Assembly (NCBI RefSeq): GCF_018336915.1
Contig: NZ_CP064923.1
Span: forward strand, 5,460,001-5,492,000
Reading direction: 5' to 3'
Origin: Acaryochloris marina S15
GTDB taxonomy: Bacteria; Cyanobacteriota; Cyanobacteriia; Thermosynechococcales; Thermosynechococcaceae
Length of the DNA: 32,000 nucleotides
Shown here: one piece after another, positions 8,508 through 16,500 of the stretch
How positions within the stretch are numbered: the stretch's first letter is position 1
Layout of the letters: each line of letters opens with the position of its first letter
Translations under genes and position numbers: made by a program
The notes under the pieces: generated by a model
Database searches by the model: none
What the model was told of the DNA's origin: nothing
What the model saw: only the letters and a program-made list of their open reading frames with translations

Positions 8508-9671
8508 CTATTTACGCCATTTAGACGTACAGAGAATCTTGGAGTGATCACACCGATCTTTATACTTCGCTGCAATTTCAGTCACTTCTTTCATCAGGCC
8601 AACATCTAACTTAGTCGGTTGCAGACCTAAATCCATAAAGCACTTATTCTCAACATATAATTCGTTTTCCGCTGCCTCAGTTCTGGGATTCTCTAAGTGA
8701 TCAATCTTAGCCCCAGTAATGTCTGCAATGATTTTGGCTAGATCTCTCACACGGTGAGTTTCGGTCATTTGGTTAAAGATTTTGACCCGCTCTCCAGATT
8801 CAGGGGGATTCTCAACGGCCAGTTGAATACACTTAACCGTGTCCTGAATATGAATAAATGCTCGGGTCTGACCACCCGTACCATGCACCGTTAAGGGATG
8901 ACCAATGGCGGCCTGCATCAAAAATCGGTTCAGAACAGTACCGTAATCACCGTCATAATCAAAGCGATTAATCAGGCGTTCATCCTGCTTGGTCTCTTCT
9001 GTATTGGTTCCCCAGACCACACCTTGGTGTAAGTCGGTGACTCGAATCTTGTCATTCTTGTTGTAGTAGTAGAAGAAGAGCTGATCCTGAGTTTTGGTCA
9101 TGTGATAAACACTGCCCGGATCCGCAGGATAGAGGATTTGTTTTTCAACCACCTCACCAGTATCAATCACCACCTGAACGTCGAGATAGCCTTCAGGGAT
9201 CTTCATGCCGGCAGTACCGTAGCCGTAAACGCCCATGGTGCCGAGATGAACCACATGGATATCCAGGCCAGACTCCACAATGGCAGCTAAAACATTATTC
9301 GTAGCGTTGAGGTTGTTATTAACCGTATAACGCTTTTGCCGAGATGACTTCATGGAATACGGGGCAGCCCGCTGCTCAGCGAAATGTACCACCACGTCAG
9401 GGCGATAGGTGCACAACAGATTTAAGAGCCGATCATATTCCGCCGCAATATCGAAGTTATAGAACTGAATATGTTTGCCTGTTAAGTCTTGCCAGGTTTT
9501 CAGGCGAATCGAAATCGGACTAATGGGGGTCAACGAGTTGGTCTCTAACTCGTTATCAATGTTGCGCCTGGATAAATTGTCCACAATAACAACATCATGG
9601 CCAAGTTTGGATAGATGTAGCGCAGTTGGCCAGCCGCAGAACCCATCACCGCCCAATATTACAATGTTCAT
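8508..9671 (-). CDS. sqdB: UDP-sulfoquinovose synthase
   Basis: The N-terminus MNIVILGGDGFCGWPTALHLSKLGHDVVIVDNLSRRNIDNELETNSLTPI is the characteristic SqdB/SQD1 Rossmann start. Length (387 aa) and the SDR-like core (YHMTK) also fit. Confidence 0.92.
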   Translation of the reverse strand: MNIVILGGDGFCGWPTALHLSKLGHDVVIVDNLSRRNIDNELETNSLTPISPISIRLKTWQDLTGKHIQFYNFDIAAEYDRLLNLLCTYRPDVVVHFAEQRAAPYSMKSSRQKRYTVNNNLNATNNVLAAIVESGLDIHVVHLGTMGVYGYGTAGMKIPEGYLDVQVVIDTGEVVEKQILYPADPGSVYHMTKTQDQLFFYYYNKNDKIRVTDLHQGVVWGTNTEETKQDERLINRFDYDGDYGTVLNRFLMQAAIGHPLTVHGTGGQTRAFIHIQDTVKCIQLAVENPPESGERVKIFNQMTETHRVRDLAKIIADITGAKIDHLENPRTEAAENELYVENKCFMDLGLQPTKLDVGLMKEVTEIAAKYKDRCDHSKILCTSKWRK

Positions 9672-9933
9672 GCTTTGTCCCTAAACCGAATGTCTCAATT
9701 ACAGACGAGAATTCGAATCTTCAGAATTGCTAGTCAGTCAACGACACACCCTTCCCAGCAATCGTTAGATACGCTACTCGTTTACAACAGCTTCATAGTC
9801 TTTAAGAATATCTCAAATCGGGGACCATCACGATTTGGGGTTGTGACAATGATCAGATCGTATTTTGGTATAGAGCTGGGACAAGATAAGTCCTGAAAAT
9901 GAAGAGGTTCAGCTTCTAGTCGTCACTTCCACT

Positions 9934-11061
9934 TTAGGCTTTAGGCATAACGAAATTAGCATAGCTTAGTTCGTTGACTGCATTCCACTTATAAACCTTT
10001 TCGCGAAAGGCTTTCCAAGGTTCATAGATCTCTTTAAAGCTCGCTTCTTTCGCCGCATTCTCCTCATAGATCTCAAAAGAGATTTTCTGGGCAGCTTGAA
10101 GGATATCGTCACTATAGCGGGTGAGTTCCGTGCCCCCCGCCACCAGCTGAGAGATCACGTCACGATTTAAGGCATCATAGGCGGCCAACATATTGATATT
10201 GGCTTCGTAGGCAGCGGTTTTGAAGATTTCTTGATATTCCTTAGGCAATTTATCCCAAGCTTGGCGATTGACTAGGACATCTAAGGTGGGGCCAGGCTCC
10301 CACCAGCCGGGATAGTAGTAGTATTTTGCTGCTTTTTGCAAGCCGAGTTTCTGATCGTCGTAAGGGCCCACCCATTCAGCGGCATCGATGGTGTTCCGCT
10401 CTAAAGCCAGGAAAATATCCCCCCCTGGTAAGACTTGGACATTTACCCCTAACCGCCGCATCACTTCGCCTCCAAGGCCAGGGATCCGCATTTTGAGTCC
10501 CTTCAGATCGCTAGCCGTTTTGATTTGGCGTTTGAACCAGCCTCCCATTTGGGCTCCGGTGTTACCCGCGGGGAAGTTGATCACACCAAAGTCTGCATAG
10601 ACTTTTTGCATGGCTTCCAGGCCACCGCCATGATAGAGCCAGGCATTTTGTTGCTGAGCGGTAAGACCAAAGGGAACGGCAGTGGCAAAGCCCAGGGCGG
10701 GGTTTTTGCCAATGTAGTAGTAGCTGGCGGTATGGCCGCATTGAACGCTACCGGAGCGGACGGTGTCTAAAACTTCTAAAGGTGGGGCAATTTCGCCACC
10801 GGGTGACACCTGAATTTGAAACCGACCATCGGTCATGGCACTGACGCGATCGCTAATGGTTTTGGCACCACCATAAATGGTGTCTAAGGATTCTTGCCAA
10901 CTGGTGGCCATCCGCCAACGAACTCGGGGAAGGGAACCTGAGCTAGTGGTGGAGGAGCGTCGACAGGCCGCAAGGGTGGTGGTTGCGATCGCACCGACTG
11001 CCGAATTCCGTAATAACTTGCGTCGTTTCAACTTTTCGCTCCTGAACCCTACGTGTATCAT
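9934..11061 (-). CDS. TRAP transporter solute-binding protein (DctP-type, COG4663-like) with a twin-arginine signal
   Basis: Family-typical sequence includes [68 protein letters not shown] and [14 protein letters not shown] place the start at the ATG at 11061 ([33 protein letters not shown], Tat-like RR motif). The ORF track's start at 11121 would add 20 unsupported residues. Confidence 0.85.
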   Translation of the reverse strand: MIHVGFRSEKLKRRKLLRNSAVGAIATTTLAACRRSSTTSSGSLPRVRWRMATSWQESLDTIYGGAKTISDRVSAMTDGRFQIQVSPGGEIAPPLEVLDTVRSGSVQCGHTASYYYIGKNPALGFATAVPFGLTAQQQNAWLYHGGGLEAMQKVYADFGVINFPAGNTGAQMGGWFKRQIKTASDLKGLKMRIPGLGGEVMRRLGVNVQVLPGGDIFLALERNTIDAAEWVGPYDDQKLGLQKAAKYYYYPGWWEPGPTLDVLVNRQAWDKLPKEYQEIFKTAAYEANINMLAAYDALNRDVISQLVAGGTELTRYSDDILQAAQKISFEIYEENAAKEASFKEIYEPWKAFREKVYKWNAVNELSYANFVMPKA

Positions 11062-11282
11062 CTCGGCAACGGTTATGCAGACGGACTTTAGGGTAATCCG
11101 TAGGGAGATGACCGCCTCCAATCCTACCGATAAATGGATTCGCTACCGGAAAACGCAACAGAATGTTGTCATTCCCGCCCAATTCCACTGATTTTTTAGG
11201 CAGAAGAGTAAATAAAGACTGTCGCTTCATTCCAGACGAAGGGCATTCTAGGGCCATAAATAGACCCATCTCTGTTAGTCAG

Positions 11283-13619
11283 ATGTCGAAAAGTCGACGA
11301 TACCGACCATTTTTACTCTTATTTGCGATTGGCATATTTCTAGGATTCTTAACTGCCACCCATCCTAGGCTGATCGCCAATCCTCACCTGTTCCATGCCC
11401 AAGCCTACTGGACTCCAACCGTCACTCAGACGGTGGATCAAACCTCTTTGGCGGGCACCTGGGAATTTCAAGCTGACCCACAGCCGACCGCTGACAAGCT
11501 AGTGCTGCAACCGAGTGGACCCAATATTCCACCTATTCCCCAGGGCCAATGGCAAGAGATTGCAGTGCCTTCCAACTGGTACTTACAAGGGCAAGATATA
11601 TCGGGGGTGGTCTGGTATCGCCATCAGTTTCGCGCCAATGAGCGATGGCGTCAGAAGCTGACTCGTCTAGTGTTTTCGGGGGTCGATTACACCGCAGACG
11701 TTTGGCTCAATGGTCAGTATTTAGGCTTTCATGAGGGCTACTTTCAGCCCTTTTCCTTTGATGTGTCTAAGGCTCTGATGTTTACGGGCCAGAATGAATT
11801 ACTGGTGCGGGTCAATAGCCCTTTGGAGCCTCAAGGCCAGGATTGGTCCCTCCGCAAACGCTTAATTAAAGGCATTTTTAGTCACCACGATACCCGTCCA
11901 GGTGGAGCTTGGACCGATCGCGGCCAAGAGAAAAATACCGGAGGTATCTGGGCCCCGGTATTTTTGCAAGTCTCCGATCAGGTCGCCATTGAAACGATTC
12001 AAATCACCCCGGAGTTAGACGCCGACTACCAACAGGCCACGGCTAAGGTGGATCTAGTAGTCAATTCTCCAGGACTGGGCAAGACGAATCTTGATGCCCA
12101 TGTGCAGTTGGTGCCAGAGAATTTTTCGGGGTTACCCATTGGACCTATTCGCGTGAAACGCACCCTGCATCAAGGGGCTAATCACCTGAAGCTACAGATT
12201 CCTGTAGATGACCCGAAACTATGGTGGTCTTGGGAGCATGGAGACCCCAATTTATATCGCCTTACGGTGCAGTTGGCCGATGGCAGTCGACTGCTGGATA
12301 AAGCGTCAGATGTATTCGGATTTCGCACCATTCAGTTTGACCCGACCGAAAAAATCTGGCGACTGAATGGTCGCCGCCTATTTTTGCGAGGCACCAATTA
12401 CATTGCCACCCAGTGGCTCAGTGAAATGACGCCGGAGAAATACCAGACGGATATTGACCTGATGAAAGCGGCCAATATCAATACGGTACGAGTCCATGCC
12501 CATATCATCGGCAAGGATTTTTATAAGCTGTGCGATCGCAACGGCGTATTCATCTGGCAGGACTTTCCTTTGCAGTGGGGCTATGAAGATACTCCCCAAT
12601 TTCTCCAGGAAGCTACCCGCCAAGCCAAGGATATGATTGGCTACCTTTACAACCATCCTTCGATTCTGGCCTGGAGTCTGCATAATGAGCCGCCCTGGGA
12701 TGCGGACTGGATGAAGTACAAATACAAGACCTACGATCCAGAGCAAAATCGCGAGTTAGACGCCAAGCTATTGGCCAACCTGCAGGGAGAAGACCCCACC
12801 CGCCTCTTACATCCCGTGTCTACCGTCGGGGAGCATCCTTGGTTTGGTTGGTATTCCAACACCTTCTATAAATATGCAGAACCGACCACAGAAGCCATTA
12901 TTTCCGAATTTGGCGCTCAAGCTTTACCGCATCTAGAGTCCCTACGGCGCATCTTTACGGAAGACGAGCTATGGCCGGATACAGAAGCGGAATGGGACAA
13001 GTGGCTGTATCACAACTTTCAGCGCCATGAAACTTTCAATATTGCCAAGGTGCCCATGGGGAATACGACCCAGGAGTTTATCGATAATACCCAACAGTAT
13101 CAATCCCAACTGATTCAGTTTGCCGCCGAAGCCTATCGCCGCCAGCGTTATCAGCCCGTCTCATCGATTTTTCAATTTATGTTTGTGGAGGATTGGCCTT
13201 CTGTCAATTGGGGCATTGTTGATTACTGGCGACAGCCCAAACCCGGCCATGAGGCTCTGAAATGGGCCTACCAGCCCGTATTGCCTAGTATTGCTTGGCC
13301 TCAACTCACCTGGACTTTGGAGGAAACCGTAGAGCTGGAACTCTGGGCCATCAATGATTTATGGAAGGACTATCCAGAGGCAACCTATACCTATACTCTC
13401 CGCCAAGGCCAAAAACGCCTTAAATCTGGCAAAAGTAGGATTAATTTAACCGCAGATAGCAGCCAGCCTGTCGATAAGATTTTTTTTCAGCCCCAAAACT
13501 TGGGCAACTACACCGTCACAGCCACGATCAAAGATCGGCTAGGGACGGTATTAGGGGAAAACCAGTTTACGTTTGATGTGATTGATCGGGGGGATCAAAC
13601 CAATGAGTCGACGTCGTAA
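11283..13619 (+). CDS. Glycoside hydrolase family 2 protein with an N-terminal membrane anchor
   Basis: The GH2 sugar-binding region is present (VFSGVDYTADVWLNGQYLGFHEGYFQPFSFDVS). So is the TIM-barrel region (FLRGTNYI, NINTVRVHAH, ILAWSLHNEPPW with the NE acid/base motif). The likely start is the ATG at 11283 (MSKSRRYRPFLLLFAIGIFLGFL signal/anchor) rather than 11163. Confidence 0.85.
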   Translation: MSKSRRYRPFLLLFAIGIFLGFLTATHPRLIANPHLFHAQAYWTPTVTQTVDQTSLAGTWEFQADPQPTADKLVLQPSGPNIPPIPQGQWQEIAVPSNWYLQGQDISGVVWYRHQFRANERWRQKLTRLVFSGVDYTADVWLNGQYLGFHEGYFQPFSFDVSKALMFTGQNELLVRVNSPLEPQGQDWSLRKRLIKGIFSHHDTRPGGAWTDRGQEKNTGGIWAPVFLQVSDQVAIETIQITPELDADYQQATAKVDLVVNSPGLGKTNLDAHVQLVPENFSGLPIGPIRVKRTLHQGANHLKLQIPVDDPKLWWSWEHGDPNLYRLTVQLADGSRLLDKASDVFGFRTIQFDPTEKIWRLNGRRLFLRGTNYIATQWLSEMTPEKYQTDIDLMKAANINTVRVHAHIIGKDFYKLCDRNGVFIWQDFPLQWGYEDTPQFLQEATRQAKDMIGYLYNHPSILAWSLHNEPPWDADWMKYKYKTYDPEQNRELDAKLLANLQGEDPTRLLHPVSTVGEHPWFGWYSNTFYKYAEPTTEAIISEFGAQALPHLESLRRIFTEDELWPDTEAEWDKWLYHNFQRHETFNIAKVPMGNTTQEFIDNTQQYQSQLIQFAAEAYRRQRYQPVSSIFQFMFVEDWPSVNWGIVDYWRQPKPGHEALKWAYQPVLPSIAWPQLTWTLEETVELELWAINDLWKDYPEATYTYTLRQGQKRLKSGKSRINLTADSSQPVDKIFFQPQNLGNYTVTATIKDRLGTVLGENQFTFDVIDRGDQTNESTS

Positions 13620-15348
13620 GTTAAGGACGCTATTGATCTGTTTTGTCGCCTCAGTCGCCCTCACGATTGGGATTGCCAAATGGGTCTGTAGCCAGCAGCT
13701 CGCTGAAGACTTTGCACCTAAAATTGTCCTCAACCAAGTTGGATATCGCGCCAATTGGGACAAGGTGGCCTTTTTACTCAATGCGGAAGATAATGCACCT
13801 ATTAAAACAAAGGTCGTTGACCATCAATCTGGGAAAACAGTAGCGACGATCCAGCCTGGGTCTGCTGAATTAGATGAACAGAGTCGCGATCGCATCCAAA
13901 CTCTAGACTTCTCCAAGGTCAAAAGATCCGGTGAATACTACCTGCAAACAGGTGAGTTAAAATCCGTTCCCTTCCAAATTGGCCAAGATATTTATCAAGA
14001 CACCTTTACCAAACTCCTGCGCACCTATTATTTACAGCGTTGCGGCACGGTTATCTTTGACCCTATTACCGGGATTTATCATCCTCCCTGCCATATCAAA
14101 GATGCCTTGTTAGCCCATGATGATGCCTTCCACAAAGCAGGCGACACCGTTCAAAGCCAGGGCGGCTGGCATGATGCAGGAGACTATGGCAAGTATGTGG
14201 CGACCACAACCGTCACCATCGGTAGCTTATTCAGCCTATACGAGCAATATCCCCAGAACTTTACCGACGGCCAGTTAGATATTCCCGAAAGTGGTAACAA
14301 GGTTCCCGATTTACTAGACGAGATGAAAGTGGGTCTAGACTGGCTACTCTCCACTCAACGCCAAGATGGCGGTGTCTATCGCAAGCTCTCAGGTAAAGCC
14401 TGGCCCATTGGCAAAGCGCCCCATGAAGACCAGCAGCCCCGCTATTTATATGGTGTGTCTACGCCTGAAACCGGAAAATTTGCGGCGGTGATGGCCATGG
14501 CAGGTCGGATTTACGAAGAGAGTCAACCCAAACTAGCCCAAACATATCTGGATTCAGCTCGCCTGGCTTGGGACTATTTGCAGACCCAAGACAAAATGCA
14601 AGAGAGCTGGATTGATGGAGATGATAGCGGTTCCGGTAAGTATCTCCAGTCGGAGATTGACATCGAAGACAGTCTGAAAACCGATATTGACGATCGATAC
14701 TGGGCCGCCGCCGAATTATTCCTCACCACCGGAGACTCACAATATGAGCAATATCTGGTGGACCATTTCGACCAGATGCCCTTTAACCTCTATGAGTGGA
14801 AGGATGCCTCAACCCTAGGGATGGTGGATTATTTGCTCTATGCCAAGGCAGACCCCAACCAGCTCAAACCCCAAATCCGCGAAAAGCTCCTCGCCCGTGC
14901 CGATCAAATTATGGAGCGGGTCGAAGGAAGTGGCTATCGCCTCGCCAACCATCGCTTTATTTGGGGTTCCAACAAAATGACCGTCGAAGAAGGCATTACC
15001 TTAATCCATGCCTATCGCCTGACCCAAGACGCAAAATATAAAGCCGCCGCCCTCGATCAGCTCCACTACATGATGGGCCGCAATCATTTTGATCAAACCT
15101 TTGTCACGGATGTGGGCACCCATCCCGTGGAAAATGTGAACCATCTGTTCGCTAGGGCCAAGAAAATTAAAATTCCGGGGTTAGTCGTAGGTGGCCCGAA
15201 TGACGGAGCCCAGGATAATATTGCTCCCAAAGGGTTAGGCATTCGCAGCTATCTCGACAGCGAAAAGTCCTATGCCACCAATGAATATGCCATTGACTAC
15301 AACGCGCCCCTAATAACTCTTTTGGGAATGTTGTTAGAAACGTCTTAG
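13603..15348 (+). CDS. Glycoside hydrolase family 9 endoglucanase-like protein (N-terminal anchor + Ig-like domain + GH9 catalytic domain)
   Basis: GH9 signatures GGWHDAGDYGKY and YATNEYAIDYNAPL are present, along with an (alpha/alpha)6-type core. The likely start is the ATG at 13603 (MSRRRKLRTLLICFVASVAL). That start overlaps the last 17 nt of the GH2 gene. Confidence 0.88.
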   Translation: MSRRRKLRTLLICFVASVALTIGIAKWVCSQQLAEDFAPKIVLNQVGYRANWDKVAFLLNAEDNAPIKTKVVDHQSGKTVATIQPGSAELDEQSRDRIQTLDFSKVKRSGEYYLQTGELKSVPFQIGQDIYQDTFTKLLRTYYLQRCGTVIFDPITGIYHPPCHIKDALLAHDDAFHKAGDTVQSQGGWHDAGDYGKYVATTTVTIGSLFSLYEQYPQNFTDGQLDIPESGNKVPDLLDEMKVGLDWLLSTQRQDGGVYRKLSGKAWPIGKAPHEDQQPRYLYGVSTPETGKFAAVMAMAGRIYEESQPKLAQTYLDSARLAWDYLQTQDKMQESWIDGDDSGSGKYLQSEIDIEDSLKTDIDDRYWAAAELFLTTGDSQYEQYLVDHFDQMPFNLYEWKDASTLGMVDYLLYAKADPNQLKPQIREKLLARADQIMERVEGSGYRLANHRFIWGSNKMTVEEGITLIHAYRLTQDAKYKAAALDQLHYMMGRNHFDQTFVTDVGTHPVENVNHLFARAKKIKIPGLVVGGPNDGAQDNIAPKGLGIRSYLDSEKSYATNEYAIDYNAPLITLLGMLLETS

Positions 15349-15508
15349 CTGACCTCGTTCACCATTCCTTTGCGTGCCGAAGGCGACATTCTGAGTAACA
15401 ATCAACAGCACATAGGGTTCTCCCTTCAGAATTGGGGGCTAGGCTTTGAAGTCAGCTCAGCCGAACGGGACCAAAGGCAGCCAATGAAACCTTCACCCCA
15501 GATCTTCC

Positions 15509-15736
15509 CTAATCCTCTACCTGGATCTCCACCCACTTTTGGCGAGAAGCATGACCTGATTTGATGCTGATGCAAGCTTGGGTCACTCCAAATTCTTGAG
15601 CGAGGTATTGAATCAGCTCAGCATTGGCTTTGCCATCTACCGGAGGAGATTTAAGATGCACGGTCAAACTGCCATCTTCTTCATGGATCAGTCGCTGCTG
15701 TTTAGCATTGGGTTTTACTTTGATCCGCTTTTTCAT
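15509..15736 (-). CDS. DUF167 (YggU/UPF0235) family protein
   Basis: This 75-aa protein carries [23 protein letters not shown]...SGHASRQK, the conserved DUF167 core. Confidence 0.8.
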   Translation of the reverse strand: MKKRIKVKPNAKQQRLIHEEDGSLTVHLKSPPVDGKANAELIQYLAQEFGVTQACISIKSGHASRQKWVEIQVED

Positions 15737-15891
15737 CAGGGGCTGTGAAGCGCCAATTCACCAAATGTTAAGCAGTAGGACATAATTAATTTCACAACAT
15801 TTTTGCTAAAACCCTGGCTTAGCAAGGAAATAGATTGTAATTACTTCTGCTTAAGTGCTTATCTTGAAGCATACTCGAACCCAAAAGTACT

Positions 15892-16497
15892 GTGAATACG
15901 CCTAGCCACGCGATTATCAACCTTGCCCTGCTCATGAATGTGACGGAGCAGCCAGCAGTGTTGGCCGTGACGGCGGGAGCCATTGCCCCGGATCTCCCCA
16001 TGTTTGTGTTTTATTTCTGGGTGAAGGGGATTCGGAAGTTACCAGAAGGCCAAATCTGGACGGAAGCTTACTATCATCCCTTTTGGCAAACCTGCATCGA
16101 TCTATGCCATTCCATTCCATTGGCGGGGCTAGCGGCTTGGGGCTGCTGGCAACTGGGCTGGATGCCTGCGGCCCTATTTTTTCTCAGCATGATTCTCCAC
16201 TCTTTAGGCGATTTGCCCGTTCATAATGACGATGCCCATAAGCATTTTCTACCGCTGAGTCAATATCGACTAATTAGTCCCCTGTCATATTGGGACCCGA
16301 AGCATTACGGTCGGCAAGTGGCGTTTGTAGAGATGCTGCTGGTGTTGGGGACTTCGGTATTGACGTTTCCAATCTTGGGTAATATTTGGGGCCAAGGGTT
16401 GGTGGTGTTGGTGAATGGGTTTTACTGGTTTACCTTTGGCTATACGTTTTTGCGGAGACAGCTTCCTAATTTGTTGTGTCGGGCGCGGAATGCTTGA
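15892..16497 (+). CDS. Integral-membrane, His-rich metal-dependent-hydrolase-like protein (YdjM/DUF4184-like; family uncertain)
   Basis: It has a GTG start, 5-6 hydrophobic spans and His motifs (TPSHAI, LCHSIP, ILHSLGDLPVHNDDAHKH). The family assignment is from pattern memory only. Confidence 0.5.
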   Translation: MNTPSHAIINLALLMNVTEQPAVLAVTAGAIAPDLPMFVFYFWVKGIRKLPEGQIWTEAYYHPFWQTCIDLCHSIPLAGLAAWGCWQLGWMPAALFFLSMILHSLGDLPVHNDDAHKHFLPLSQYRLISPLSYWDPKHYGRQVAFVEMLLVLGTSVLTFPILGNIWGQGLVVLVNGFYWFTFGYTFLRRQLPNLLCRARNA

Positions 16498-16500
16498 AGG

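Noticed and set aside
9675-9896. Small intergenic ORFs: 9675..9896, 15370..15564, 21107..21316 and 26828..27031.
   Set aside because: There is no ribosome-binding site context or recognisable motif, and at least 26828..27031 relies on a TTG start. All sit in promoter or terminator spacers, and 15370..15564 overlaps the DUF167 gene.
11062-11282. N-terminal extensions suggested by the ORF track for the TRAP binding protein (start 11121) and the GH2 gene (start 11163). These would make the two divergent genes overlap.
   Set aside because: The internal ATGs at 11061 and 11283 give proper Tat-signal and membrane-anchor N-termini. The extensions have no protein-like features, and the ORF 10943..11269 is equally unsupported.
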